From positions 96,001-160,000 of the forward strand of contig CAWCKY010000007.1 of assembly GCA_963796275.1 (NCBI GenBank): DNA of 64,000 nucleotides, given 5' to 3'. The DNA comes from an uncultured Acidobacteriota bacterium (GTDB lineage: Bacteria > Acidobacteriota > Blastocatellia > RBC074). A program made the translations under genes and the position numbers. Positions 19,593-30,505 of the stretch are shown piece after piece. The notes under the pieces were generated by a model. The model had not been told where the DNA came from. It searched no databases and saw nothing but the letters and a program-made list of their open reading frames with translations. Numbering within the stretch: position 1 is the stretch's first letter; every line of letters starts with the position of its first letter.

Positions 19593-19869
19593 AATATATC
19601 TGGTATGTGGGAAACCCCACAGTGTACTAATGGGAGATGCTGGTTTCCGCCGCGGCGCTGACATTCTCGTCTTTCGAGACAGGAGCCAGAGCGGTTGTGG
19701 TAGTAGTAAATGGGTACTGCCACGTCGCTTTGGGAACAGTGAGGGGCGGCCCAGGGAGCATCTCTCGTTGATCTCCATACTTTCGTTTCGGGAGAGCACA
19801 ATTTGACTTGGCGGCAGCCACGTGGGCTGCTGCCAAGACTTTTATCTGCATGTCTCAATGGAAGGAACT

Positions 19870-20511
19870 ATGAAACCAGCGCGGATCATATTGGCCGATG
19901 AGCACACCATATTGCTGGATGCCCTCAAAAATTTGCTCCAACCCGAATTCGAAGTGGTCGGAACCTTTATCGACGGGCATACATTGCTCGAGGCTGCTCC
20001 GGGGCTTAGTCCTGATGTGATTGTACTTGATATCGGAATGCCAACGATGAATGGGCTGGTTGCGGGCAAAAGGCTGAAGCAGGTGATGCCGAGGGTCAAA
20101 CTGATCTACTTGACGATGAATCAGGATCCAGATGTAACTGCCGAAGCTCTGCGCTTGGGGGCCATGGGATACATTCTCAAGAACTCCGCCGCTTCAGAAC
20201 TTATTTATGCAATACGAGAGGCGCTCCTCGGTAGAAACTATGTGACGCAACTGATGACTAAAGATATTGTCGATTCATTCATCCTGAATCATGCGCGGGG
20301 AAGGAGTCGCAACAAACTAACCATACGTCAGAAAGAGGTGCTCCAGTTATTGGCCGAAGGCCGCACGATGAAGGAGGTGGCTTACATACTCGACATCACG
20401 CCGCGGACAGTCGCTTTCCATAAGTACACCATGATGGAACAGCTTCAGATCAAGTCCAGTGCGGAATTGATCCAGTTTGCGATGAAGAGTTCGATGGTGA
20501 CCGCTCCTTAA
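19870..20511 (+). CDS. NarL/FixJ-family response regulator
   Basis: REC (ADEH, VLDIGMP, YILK) plus LuxR HTH (LTIRQKEVLQLLAEG..TVAFHK). Start moved to the ATG after GAAGGA. Confidence 0.92.
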   Translation: MKPARIILADEHTILLDALKNLLQPEFEVVGTFIDGHTLLEAAPGLSPDVIVLDIGMPTMNGLVAGKRLKQVMPRVKLIYLTMNQDPDVTAEALRLGAMGYILKNSAASELIYAIREALLGRNYVTQLMTKDIVDSFILNHARGRSRNKLTIRQKEVLQLLAEGRTMKEVAYILDITPRTVAFHKYTMMEQLQIKSSAELIQFAMKSSMVTAP

Positions 20512-20820
20512 ACCCCTGGTTTACCCAGAGTCTATGGCAGCCACGCTCCCACTGCATCTGTTCAGTATAAGCAGGCAGGAACCATGAACATGAAAATAAA
20601 TCACGAACAATGAACATGAAAAAGTAGAAGCATGCGCCGACCAGAAAGTCGGCCATGAGCGTGGGCGGTGAGCTCTGTGCGCCCGCCACCGCTTTTCAAG
20701 ATGACGGGAACAGCCTCCCCTACCCGCCCACGCTGCACGCTCCCCCTCCACACAATCTTGGTCATGTCATAGAGCAGTCAAGAAAGCGGAATCACAAGTC
20801 AGATTGAAGGAGATCTTCAA

Positions 20821-21849
20821 ATGAAATCTGTCATACGAAGTCTTACGATTTTCCGTATAGCGATGTTGGCGCCTATGCTATTGATCAGTCTGCACGCTCA
20901 CGCGCAGACCGACCCTCTGCCTTCATGGAACGACGGCCCGGCCAAGCAAGCGATTCTCGCGTTCGTGCGAGCGACCACCGACCAGTCGAATTCGAAGTTC
21001 GCGCCGCCTGAGGCCCGGATCGCCACCTTCGATCAAGATGGCACTCTCTGGGTCGAGCATCCGATGTATACACAGGTGATCTACTGCCTCGAGCGGGTCC
21101 AAGTGCTCGCGGAGAAGAAGCCGGAGTTGAAGAACGTCGAGCCGTTCAAGACAGTGCTCTCCGGCAATCGCGAGGCGATCGCCAGGCTCTCGATGCCGGA
21201 CCTCGAGAAGATTCTCGGCGCCACGCTCAGCGGCATGACGGTGGAGCAGTTCAGCGCCGAGGTGAAGAGCTGGCTGGCGACCGCCAGGGATCCGCGTTGG
21301 AGGCGACCCTACACCGAACTTGTTTATCAACCGATGCTGGAGCTGCTGCGTTACCTGCGCGCCAACGACTATAAGACCTACATCGTCACCGGCGGCGGCC
21401 AGGATTTCGTGCGCGTATACTCCGAGCAGGTGTACGGCGTCCCATCAGAGCATGTAATTGGTAGCGCGGGAGGAACCGCGTACGGATACGATGAAAGCGG
21501 CAAACCGACGCTCACCAAAGAGCCCAAGCTTCTGCTCAATGACGACAATGCGGGCAAGCCCGAAGGTATCCACCTCATGATCGGGCGCCGGCCGTCCGCA
21601 GCGTTCGGCAACTCGACGGGCGACCGGCAGATGCTGGAGTACACCGGGGCAGGCGACGGCGCGCGCCTGATGATGTTGGTGCTGCACGACGATGCGAAAC
21701 GCGAGTATGCCTATGGCCCAGCCCAGGGGCTGACCGACACCAAGGTCGGTGCCTTCACCCAGACCCTCTACGATGAGGCGAAGAACAAGGGCTGGACTGT
21801 GATCAGCATGAAGGACGACTGGAAGCGCATTTTCGCGTTCGAGAAATGA
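20821..21849 (+). CDS. Exported HAD-family hydrolase (acid phosphatase-like)
   Basis: LPSWNDG, FDQDGTLW, IVTGGG, AFGNSTGD; signal peptide. Confidence 0.9.
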   Translation: MKSVIRSLTIFRIAMLAPMLLISLHAHAQTDPLPSWNDGPAKQAILAFVRATTDQSNSKFAPPEARIATFDQDGTLWVEHPMYTQVIYCLERVQVLAEKKPELKNVEPFKTVLSGNREAIARLSMPDLEKILGATLSGMTVEQFSAEVKSWLATARDPRWRRPYTELVYQPMLELLRYLRANDYKTYIVTGGGQDFVRVYSEQVYGVPSEHVIGSAGGTAYGYDESGKPTLTKEPKLLLNDDNAGKPEGIHLMIGRRPSAAFGNSTGDRQMLEYTGAGDGARLMMLVLHDDAKREYAYGPAQGLTDTKVGAFTQTLYDEAKNKGWTVISMKDDWKRIFAFEK

Positions 21850-21874
21850 ACAGCGCTTTTTAGGAGGAATAAGA

Positions 21875-23443
21875 ATGTACAAAGCCGCCACCTCGATTCA
21901 TGGATCCGTGGCGCGGGTACTACTTTTGTTTGGTCTTCTGCTCCCGATAACATGCTGCAAAAAAGAACCGCCCACGGCTCCGGCTGGGGTTGTAAAAGAA
22001 TCGCCAACGGTTCCGGCTGAAGTTGTAAAAGAAACGCCAACGGCTCCGACTGGAACTGCAAGTATCCCGAAATTATCGCCAGACGACCCCCCGCCTCCAT
22101 CTGATGGCGTGCGGCTACCGCTAAACGTCGAGCGCCATACCGGAGATTTGGACGAGATGGTGAAGCGGGGTGCCATTCGTGCTCTTGTCATACTCAACCC
22201 CGTCGGCTTCTTCTACGACAGCGGTGTGCCAAGAGGCGTGATGTACGAGGCTTTGAGGGATTTCCAGAGTTTCACTAACGAGAAGTTGAAGACAGGCGCA
22301 AATAAAGTGGAGGTTACATTCCTTCCCGTCAGAATCGATCAGCTTGAGGCGGCTCTCACGGAAGGCATGGGAGACATCATCGCCTACGCGGTAACCATCA
22401 CTCCCGAGCGTGAGCGGCGTGCAGCGTTCTCGACGCCGATTGAGAAAGATGTAAGTCAGATTATCGTCACCGGGGCCAAAAACGGTGCTATCTCCACGCT
22501 CGAGGGGCTTGGCGGAAAAGAGGTCTACGTCAATCCGCTCACTGTTTATTACGAAAACTTGCAGAAGGTGAACGATTCGCTCCTAAAGTCCGGCAACGCG
22601 CCAATCGTGATCAAAGCCGCGAACGAGAACCTGTCTAACGATGATCTGATCCAGATGGTGAATGCCGGGTTGATTCCGGCAACCGTGACGACGGGAATGC
22701 GGGCTGATCTGTGGTCGAAAGTTTTGAATAACATCAAGCCACATCCTGAACTCGTGATCGCCAGCGGAGTGGAGCTTGCCTGGGTCATGCGAAAGAACAA
22801 TCCTCGACTAAAGCAAATTGTAGATGAGTATGTCGAGTCGCACGCGGCGGGGACGTCATTTGGTAATACCCTGCTTCGACGCTACCTGAAGAACACCGAC
22901 TGGGTAAAGAACTCGACCTCAAAGAAGCAGATGGAAAAGTTCCGCGCCCTGGACGCGATCTTCCAGAAGTATGCAGTGCAGTACGATTTCGACTATCTAT
23001 TGCTTGCGGCTCAGGGTTACCAGGAGTCCGGGTTGAATCAGGACATGAAGAGTCCGGGCGGTGCGGTGGGCATCATGCAGGTCATGCCGAAAGACGCCGC
23101 GGCCAGTCCAATCGATATTCCGAATGTGAGTAATGCGGCCGGCAATATCCATGCCGCCGCGAAAATGCTGCGCAACATCGCTGATACGTATTTCAATGAT
23201 CCCGATATTGATCCTCTTAACCGCGCATTGTTCGTGCTCGCCAGCTATAACGCAGGGCCGAACCGAATCGCAGGTCTTCGCAAACAGGCGAAAGAACAGG
23301 GTCTTGACCCTAATGTCTGGTTCGATAATGTCGAACTGGTAGTTGCCAAAAACATCGGACAAGTGACGGTCATGTACGTCCGCAACATCTACAAATACTA
23401 CGTCGCTTATAAGCTGGCGCTTGAGCAGGCGAAACTGAGGTAG
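21875..23443 (+). CDS. MltF-like lytic transglycosylase (substrate-binding domain + SLT domain)
   Basis: TGDLDEM, YQESGL catalytic Glu, GIMQVMP, ASYNAGP; 11-aa KExPT.P repeat x3 near the N-terminus. Confidence 0.88.
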   Translation: MYKAATSIHGSVARVLLLFGLLLPITCCKKEPPTAPAGVVKESPTVPAEVVKETPTAPTGTASIPKLSPDDPPPPSDGVRLPLNVERHTGDLDEMVKRGAIRALVILNPVGFFYDSGVPRGVMYEALRDFQSFTNEKLKTGANKVEVTFLPVRIDQLEAALTEGMGDIIAYAVTITPERERRAAFSTPIEKDVSQIIVTGAKNGAISTLEGLGGKEVYVNPLTVYYENLQKVNDSLLKSGNAPIVIKAANENLSNDDLIQMVNAGLIPATVTTGMRADLWSKVLNNIKPHPELVIASGVELAWVMRKNNPRLKQIVDEYVESHAAGTSFGNTLLRRYLKNTDWVKNSTSKKQMEKFRALDAIFQKYAVQYDFDYLLLAAQGYQESGLNQDMKSPGGAVGIMQVMPKDAAASPIDIPNVSNAAGNIHAAAKMLRNIADTYFNDPDIDPLNRALFVLASYNAGPNRIAGLRKQAKEQGLDPNVWFDNVELVVAKNIGQVTVMYVRNIYKYYVAYKLALEQAKLR

Positions 23444-23449
23444 AAATCT

Positions 23450-24718
23450 ATGGAAGCTTTAGAATTCATACGCTCGCATGCTCTGGCTCTGTCACCGCTT
23501 ACGAAGTTCGCCCTGGGAATGGCGATTATTTTCGGCGTCCCATTTCTATCGCGCCGCGTGCGGATCCCCGCGGTTGTGGGATTGTTGTTATGCGGAGTCG
23601 TGCTTGGTCCCTATGTTCTTGACTTTATGGGCACGCAGAGACCGGTCGCGGACTTTTTTGCGGGTTTGGGAATATTGCTGCTGATGTTTTTCGCCGGTCT
23701 TGAGATCGACCTCGCTCTCTTTCGCCGCTCACAGCGCAAGTCAATCCTGTTCGGCCTCATCACTACCAGTCTCCCTTTACTCCTCGGCACCGGGGTTGCC
23801 CTGTTTTTTGGCTACGGGGTCATCGCGGCGATCGTAGTGGGGTCACTACTCGCGTCACATACATTGCTCGGGCTGCCGATCCTGACACAGCTTGGCGCGC
23901 ATCGCACAGAGCCTGTGACGATCACAGTCGGCGCGACGGTTTTATCCGACACGCTGTCTCTCGTCGTTTTCGCCATGTGCGTTTCAACATATGAACGCGG
24001 CTTTTCGATGGCAAATCTCGCAGTGCAACTCATCGAGATCATAGCCATCATCCTGCTCCTACTGTTCGGTCTGGGATACGCCGGCCGCTACATCTTAAAT
24101 AAGGTGGGAGACGATGAGCAGGCGTATTTCATCTTGATGTTTGGGATTATGGCGACAGCCGCCGTCCTGGTTCAACTTATCCATCTCCCGGCTATAGTCG
24201 GAGCATTCCTTGCCGGGCTGGCGGTCAATGCGGCGGTTCAACATAAGCCGGCCAAAGAGAAGCTGGAGTTCTTTGGAAATTCCTTTTTCATCCCGATCTT
24301 CTTTGTAGTGACGGGGTTCCTGATCAATCCGATCGTATTCGTCCGAAGTATCATCGATAATTTCGCACTGGTGGCAGCCATTATCGTCGCGCTAATCGCA
24401 GGCAAATGGATAGCAGCTCAAGTTGTTGGTCGCGCATTCAACTACACTTCCGCCGAGCGTATGACGGTATGGTCGCTCACCCTGCCTCAGGTGGCTGCGA
24501 CACTTGCGGCTGCGCTTGTCGGCTTTAATACCTTTAACCCTGCGGGCGAGCGCCTGATCGATGACAGGATTCTCGATGCGGTCTTTGTCCTGATGCTGAC
24601 GACTGCCACTCTTGGACCTATTTTGACTCAGCATTATGCGCCATTGATGCTTGAATCCCGGGCCTCTAGAAGCCCTGAACGAGAGCCGCTGAAGGGCACG
24701 CCGGGAGTCGTCGGCTGA
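23450..24718 (+). CDS. Cation:proton antiporter (CPA2 family)
   Basis: Many TM helices; LMFFAGLEIDL, IVGAFLAGL, FIPIFF. Confidence 0.9.
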   Translation: MEALEFIRSHALALSPLTKFALGMAIIFGVPFLSRRVRIPAVVGLLLCGVVLGPYVLDFMGTQRPVADFFAGLGILLLMFFAGLEIDLALFRRSQRKSILFGLITTSLPLLLGTGVALFFGYGVIAAIVVGSLLASHTLLGLPILTQLGAHRTEPVTITVGATVLSDTLSLVVFAMCVSTYERGFSMANLAVQLIEIIAIILLLLFGLGYAGRYILNKVGDDEQAYFILMFGIMATAAVLVQLIHLPAIVGAFLAGLAVNAAVQHKPAKEKLEFFGNSFFIPIFFVVTGFLINPIVFVRSIIDNFALVAAIIVALIAGKWIAAQVVGRAFNYTSAERMTVWSLTLPQVAATLAAALVGFNTFNPAGERLIDDRILDAVFVLMLTTATLGPILTQHYAPLMLESRASRSPEREPLKGTPGVVG

Positions 24719-25252
24719 TAGTGATAGTTTGCCTATTGGAGGGGATTGGGAGATGCGCCATGCCAATCGATGTTACCGAAGTCTCGAAGAGTCGGTGGAT
24801 GCTCTTCCTTCACACAGGGCGCAGGTGGATCCGAGCAGTAACCCGCCGTGAAGATCGCAGAACTCGAAGATATCAAGTCGAGCGTCGAGTCCTGGTACAT
24901 TTTTCTCTCTATGTCTGTAATAAGTGACAGTTCCCAATCGCTTTCTCTACCGATACACTCAGCCTGACTTCTGACGATTGTTGTGATCGCCAGCACCGAT
25001 CACATGAATGGGCGCAATCACTTTCTTGAAAAAATACGGTTGAAATCACGTTTCGCCAATAGATTCTTTTAGCTCTGCTCTCATTACGAGATCGTCCCTC
25101 TCCGGAGAATCTGGTCGAGCTCAACAAGTGAGGGCAGCGGCAAGGGCGGCAGTGGTTGGAACGTCAGATTCCCGACGCGCAGGTCGGCAGGAGAGTCATC
25201 TTCCGCATAATCTGCAACATTATTCGATCTCCAAATAAGGAGGAATGAGCAT

Positions 25253-25738
25253 ATGGCAGGCCTGGTGGTACTGAGATTTGAAACGCCCGACGGCGCCGTG
25301 AAGGGGCTCGAGATGGCGCAGAGCCTGCAGAGACAACCAGAGCTCCACATCCTCGATGCAGCGATCGTCAGCTGGCCGGAAGGAAAGAAGAGGCCGAAGA
25401 CCCGTCATCTTGGACATCCTGAAGCTCCCGGCGCTATCGACGGCGCCTTCTGGGGATTGCTGTTCGGTTTAATCTTCTTCGCGCCTTTGTACAGGATGAC
25501 GGTCGGTGCGGCGGAAGGAGCGTTGGGCGGACGCTTCAGCGACTATGGGATCGACGACGAATTCATCGACGAGGTGCGCACCAAGGTGACCGAGGGGGCC
25601 TCTGGTCTCTTCCTGCTTCTCGGAGCGGTGACGACCGACAAGGTCGTTGAGGCCTTCAAGTCGGCGCCGCATTTCGAGCCGATCGCCAGCAATCTCATCT
25701 ATGAACAGGAAGGGATGTTGAGGGAGGTGATCGCATAA
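25253..25738 (+). CDS. DUF1269-family membrane protein
   Basis: DAAIVSWPEGKKRPKT, GAFWGLLFGLIFFAP, DYGIDDEFI. Confidence 0.85.
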   Translation: MAGLVVLRFETPDGAVKGLEMAQSLQRQPELHILDAAIVSWPEGKKRPKTRHLGHPEAPGAIDGAFWGLLFGLIFFAPLYRMTVGAAEGALGGRFSDYGIDDEFIDEVRTKVTEGASGLFLLLGAVTTDKVVEAFKSAPHFEPIASNLIYEQEGMLREVIA

Positions 25739-26277
25739 GTAGACCTCGTAACCGCTTTCAAATCGCATTCGTTCTGTGCGCGATTTTGTTCTATCGCGGC
25801 GGTCTCGCGCAGGCGCAAGATGTGCATTACAACTATGTTCAGGGGACTGATTTCAATCAGTACAAGACTTACAAATTGGTTGAGGTAGGTGGCGAACACC
25901 CCAATCAGATACTGGATGGGCAAATCAAACAAGCTATTGAATTGCAGTTGGCTACGAAAAGGTTGACCAAAACCGACAACGACAATTCTGATATGTATGT
26001 CACATACCAAATTGCGGTAAATCAGGAGAGAGAATGGAACGCCTATGGTACGGGAGGCGGTTGGGGCTGGGGTGGTGGTATGGCGACGTTGACCAGCTCA
26101 ACCATCGATATCGGCACCCTCGTTCTCGATATCTATGACGTGAAAGCGCAAAAACTGATCTGGCGCGGTAATGCAACCAAAACTCTGAACCCGAGCAAAA
26201 ATCCGCAGAAAAACCTGGAACGGTTGAATAAGGGCGTTGCGAAGTTGTTAAAGCTTTTCCCGCCGCCGGTTAAATGA
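25735..26277 (+). CDS. DUF4136 protein with apparent ATA (mutated or non-canonical) start
   Basis: DFNQYKTY..GTLVLDIYD..LIWRG..FPP. The frame extends upstream through a signal peptide to ATA 25735, behind GGAGGT. Confidence 0.8.
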   Translation: MSRPRNRFQIAFVLCAILFYRGGLAQAQDVHYNYVQGTDFNQYKTYKLVEVGGEHPNQILDGQIKQAIELQLATKRLTKTDNDNSDMYVTYQIAVNQEREWNAYGTGGGWGWGGGMATLTSSTIDIGTLVLDIYDVKAQKLIWRGNATKTLNPSKNPQKNLERLNKGVAKLLKLFPPPVK

Positions 26278-26811
26278 GGCGTGCGGGCAATTCAGAATGG
26301 GAAATTTCATTACACAAGGCACAAATGAAGTCCATCAAATGGATCAAGGACGGTGAGGATAATTTTTCTTGATCTCGGGGATTCCTCCATATGTCATAGT
26401 TTCCATAAAGTAACGCAGACCGATTGGCCTCTCCTCCCATCCATACCTTGTTGCTTACGTTGAATAAAGATTAAGCCGGCAGCATATTACACAAACCCAT
26501 CGGTGTTCGACGGGAGTGGTGTGAGTGTTGCCATAGTAAGGGGGAGGCATCCATGGAAGGGTGGCTCTCGATCGCGAATGAGTCGCCTAGGAGTAGTGGG
26601 AGAGAGAACTAACCTTTCGTTCTTTGCGCGAGCGACGCATTGAAACGATGAAAATTGTGGGGATGGAGGCTGGGGCTGGACTAAGGATTTATTAAATACC
26701 TAGATTCATGCTTGTTGCCCAATACAAAACCTTCTCCTGGGTGATGAACTAAGGAGTTAGTAAATATCCAGCCTCCAACCTCCAACCCCCGCCATTTTCA
26801 TGGGAGGGCTG

Positions 26812-28236
26812 ATGAAGACCGGGTTGGAGACCAATAAAATTGCAAGAGCGCACTTATCCTGTTGGTCCGTTTTTCTGCTGGCTCTACTCGCCCCTGCATT
26901 GCTGGCGCAAACGCTCAATTCGGCGAAGGACTACTGTCAGCGCGGCCGCGACAGTCTTGAGCGCGGACAGGCGAGTCAGGCTATCGCCCACTACGATCGT
27001 GCCATTGAATTGGACTCGAGCTTGGCTGCCGCCTTCCTCGGACGCGGCACTGCGCGGATAGAGATGGGAGATCTCGATGGTGCGCTAGCCGACTTCGACC
27101 GTGCAGTTGAACTCGACCCGCGTGACTTCCAGACCTATTACGATCGGGGCAACCTGCGTCGGATGATGAATGATTTGGTAGGAGCACTGGCTGACTTCGA
27201 CCAAACTCTCCGGCTCAAACCGCGCCTGTTTGATGTCTACAACAGTCGCGGGGCAATCTATTTTGAGCGTGGGGATTGGGAAAAGGCCATCGCTGACTTC
27301 AACCGGGCGCTGGCGCTCAATTCACGCTACTCCTCGGCTTACTACAACCGTGCCCTCGCCTATTATGCTCAGGGCAATAGGGCGGCCGCCGTGCCTGACC
27401 TGATCCGCGCCATAGAACTTTTCGATTACGTCGACAGAGCAAAGGGGATGATCGAGTCCAACCCTTTCCTCTCAGAAGCGCACATGTTATACGGCAATAT
27501 CAAAATGGACGGCGGGGATGTGAACGGCGCTATCGCCGAGTTCAGCAGGGCGATAGAAGCAGACCCGGACTCTATCGGCGCTTACAATAACCGCGGCGTC
27601 GCATGGCATGTGCAGGGGAACCTGGATCGGGCAGCGGAGGACTACGAGCAAACAATCAGGCTCGACCCGACATTCGCTCCGGCCTACCTTAATCTCGGCA
27701 CGATTCGGGGTACGAAAGGCGAGCTGGATATGGCCATCGCCGACTACAACCGCGCCATCGAGATCAACCCGAATCTGAGTTTGGCCTTCGACCTGCGCGG
27801 CACCGCGCGAGAGGAGAAGGGCGAGATGAACGCGGCAATCGCGGATTACAACCATGCGATCAAACTCAATCCGCAGCTGATTACCACCTATATCCACCGT
27901 GGCATGGCGCGCTATAGCCTGAGAGACTGGGATAGGGCCATTGCAGACCTCACTAAAGCCCTCGAACTATATTCCCGACCGGATTCGGCTACCGATCCCA
28001 ATATAGTGCCGCTGGATCAAATTACCGCCATCGGCAAAGGCGAGAGCCGCCAGCAGGGCATCATCGGCTACCTGGCGCGGGCCTATGCTCAGCGCGGCCT
28101 GGACCGGCTGCGGCAGCGAAAAGTGGCTGAGGCCGAGCAAGATTTCACCCGGGCTCTTGAGCTGGATCCCGGCTTGAAGGCCCGGATTGAGCAGGAAATC
28201 AACCAGGTGAAGCGACAGCTTGCCGCTTCACGTTGA
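26812..28236 (+). CDS. Exported tetratricopeptide-repeat protein
   Basis: About 11 TPRs (AYNNRG..AIADYNRAIEINP); signal peptide. Confidence 0.92.
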   Translation: MKTGLETNKIARAHLSCWSVFLLALLAPALLAQTLNSAKDYCQRGRDSLERGQASQAIAHYDRAIELDSSLAAAFLGRGTARIEMGDLDGALADFDRAVELDPRDFQTYYDRGNLRRMMNDLVGALADFDQTLRLKPRLFDVYNSRGAIYFERGDWEKAIADFNRALALNSRYSSAYYNRALAYYAQGNRAAAVPDLIRAIELFDYVDRAKGMIESNPFLSEAHMLYGNIKMDGGDVNGAIAEFSRAIEADPDSIGAYNNRGVAWHVQGNLDRAAEDYEQTIRLDPTFAPAYLNLGTIRGTKGELDMAIADYNRAIEINPNLSLAFDLRGTAREEKGEMNAAIADYNHAIKLNPQLITTYIHRGMARYSLRDWDRAIADLTKALELYSRPDSATDPNIVPLDQITAIGKGESRQQGIIGYLARAYAQRGLDRLRQRKVAEAEQDFTRALELDPGLKARIEQEINQVKRQLAASR

Positions 28237-28291
28237 CTGAATTTCTACCCTTAGAGGGCATTGGCATATAAACCCTGAAGAGGTTTAAGAA

Positions 28292-28428
28292 AGGTAGCCA
28301 GAGTTGGAGCGCAGCGGAACACTGGGACCCCCCCAAAGTTTCGCAACCTTAAGGGATGCGAGAAATGCTGGATGTGACAACATACATATCCACCAGCGGT
28401 TTCCGCTGCGCTCCAACTCTGGCTACCT
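28292..28428. repeat. REP-like element with perfect 28-bp inverted arms
   Basis: AGGTAGCCAGAGTTGGAGCGCAGCGGAA (28292-28319) and its reverse complement (28401-28428). Confidence 0.88.
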
Positions 28429-28584
28429 AAATCTGCCCCTGCCCCTCCGCGCATCAGTATCCTTAATTCAATGTCTTTGAATATCCGGGAGTGAAACCTG
28501 ACTACCTTCCTTACATCCTTCACTCTTCCGTATAGATCATCCTTGGCGCCGAATTGTATGCGATTAGCGTTGCCGCGGCGTGAA

Positions 28585-29112
28585 TTAGCCGTGGGTTTCA
28601 ACCGGGTTGATACCCTGTCGGGCTCTGTCGGTGTACGATGTGAGGTCCCCATCGTGGTGGGAGACCTTGTCATTACCCGTCAGATTTTTGCACAAACACT
28701 TCTTCGTCGCGTAGCGACGGCATGATTGTAGCCGTGGGTTTCAACCCACGGAGGGCTTGAAGATATGGGCGCGTCGCGTTAGCGACGCCTGAATTCTGCC
28801 ACGGTGGTTGAACTCTGGTATGCTGGATGGGGTTCTGAGGTGCGGCATCTTCTCTTCATCCCATGTCTGATCCAGCGCCCCAGCCGAGGCGCAAAGGCCA
28901 TGCGCCTCCTGCGCAGAACCGAAAAGTTTTTGGTAAGGACAGGAGGTTTGAATCTTGAACCTGGTTTCAACCCACCGTATACATGCGAGATTATCCCGAG
29001 TCGCGTAGCGATGCCTGAGTTTCACAACTGCCGCTGACGCGACGGGGAGTTTTTACAGTCTTTCCGTGCATTAAAACAGATTCAACACACGGTGGACTTA
29101 AACGTCGCTGAC
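28585..29112. repeat. BIME/REP-like cluster
   Basis: Repeated GCCGTGGGTTTCAACCCACGG and CGTCGCGT(T)AGCGACG hairpins, several of them degenerate. Confidence 0.8.
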
Positions 29113-29286
29113 CCAACGAGGAGCATTTTACTGGCTTTCTGTGCGTTAAAACACACGGCGGGGACGAGAAAATGGCTACCTTCTTTCTGCCCATCTGAAT
29201 CCTTAATTCAATGCTTTTTCCCCGATGGGGGATAGAGATGGCGAGGTTCTATTACCGAAGTACGACGATGGAGGCAAACCTTCGAC

Positions 29287-29424
29287 CTTGATCACCCTTT
29301 CGGCCACTACTGCCACACACCCACCATTTATTCGTGCATAGAAAAATATGCAAGCATAAATCAGATAGGCGGTCTATTTACCACTCATCCGACCAAACCG
29401 GTAGTGGCCGAAACGATGATCAAG
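29287..29424. repeat. Imperfect long inverted repeat
   Basis: CTTGATCA..TTTCGGCCACTAC ... GTAGTGGCCGAAA..TGATCAAG. Confidence 0.7.
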
Positions 29425-29455
29425 GCTCGAACTTTCCCTAACCATCAGTCAATCT

Positions 29456-30493
29456 TTACTTCTGACTCAGGGCGCTATTCACCAATATCTTCACCTCGAC
29501 GCGGCGGTTAAGCGCGCGACCCTCGGTCGTGCTGTTGTCGGCGACGGGTTGCGAGATGCCCATGGCGGCGGGCGTCAGCATCCGGCGCAGCGGCATACCT
29601 TTGATCTGCTGCAAGTACGCGACAACCGCGTCAGCGCGTCGCTGGCTCAACTGCTGGTTGAACGCCTCGACCCCGGTGGAATCGGCATAGCCGGCCACTT
29701 GGATCATATATCCTTCAGTGTTCATCACCTTCTCGGCAATGTCATCCAGTACGAGCGTGGCCTCCGGCGTGAGCTTCGCGCTGCCAGTAGCGAAGCCAAT
29801 CGCAACAGTATGCCTGATCTCATACTCATCCAGCTCCGAAAATCGCTTTTCGAGCACATCCGTCTCCTGTTGAGTCCGTCCGAGATCTGCCTTCAATTGC
29901 TGCTGCTGGTTCTGCATCTCCACCTGCCTGGCTCTCATCTCCTGCTGCTGGCTCTGCATCGTCACCTGTCTGGCTCTCATCTCCTGTTGCGCGGTCAGCA
30001 TCTCTGCCTGCTGGCCTTCCATCTTTTCTTGCCGGGTCTTCATCTGCGCCTGTTCGGTCTCCAGCGGCGCAACACCACCACTGATGGTCTGCGCCAGTTG
30101 CATGGAGTCGTTGTCGAATGTGACCTTGTCCGCCATCAGCTGCCCCTGTGAATTGCCTTTTCCCTTGACCGTGACCCGCAGGCCGGGGATCAGTTCGGTA
30201 GCACTCCAGTGATGCTTCCAACACAGTGCTTTCGGCGACTCGACCTTGGTGCTGCTGTTGAGAACGGCGATCGTGATAGTCTTTTTCTTATCACGCACTG
30301 TCATGGTGTCTCCGTTGCGGCCGGCGATCACCCCCTCCACCTTGGCCTTTTTGCCGTCGGTGTAAGTGCGTGGTACAAAATTTTGGGAACTCTGACTGGC
30401 GGCGCTCACGAAACCAACACTGATCAACCCCAGCGTTAATATGATGGCTATGAGTCTCGAGCCCATATTTTTCTTACCCATAACGTTCCTCAT
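29456..30493 (-). CDS. OmpA-family protein with coiled coil; paralogue of 11963-12904
   Basis: LIPGLRV, KRFSELDEY, IQVAGYADSTG, GRALNRRVEV; 14-aa repeat QQEMRARQVxMQxQ. Confidence 0.9.
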   Translation of the reverse strand: MRNVMGKKNMGSRLIAIILTLGLISVGFVSAASQSSQNFVPRTYTDGKKAKVEGVIAGRNGDTMTVRDKKKTITIAVLNSSTKVESPKALCWKHHWSATELIPGLRVTVKGKGNSQGQLMADKVTFDNDSMQLAQTISGGVAPLETEQAQMKTRQEKMEGQQAEMLTAQQEMRARQVTMQSQQQEMRARQVEMQNQQQQLKADLGRTQQETDVLEKRFSELDEYEIRHTVAIGFATGSAKLTPEATLVLDDIAEKVMNTEGYMIQVAGYADSTGVEAFNQQLSQRRADAVVAYLQQIKGMPLRRMLTPAAMGISQPVADNSTTEGRALNRRVEVKILVNSALSQK

Positions 30494-30505
30494 GACTTTC
30501 TCCTC

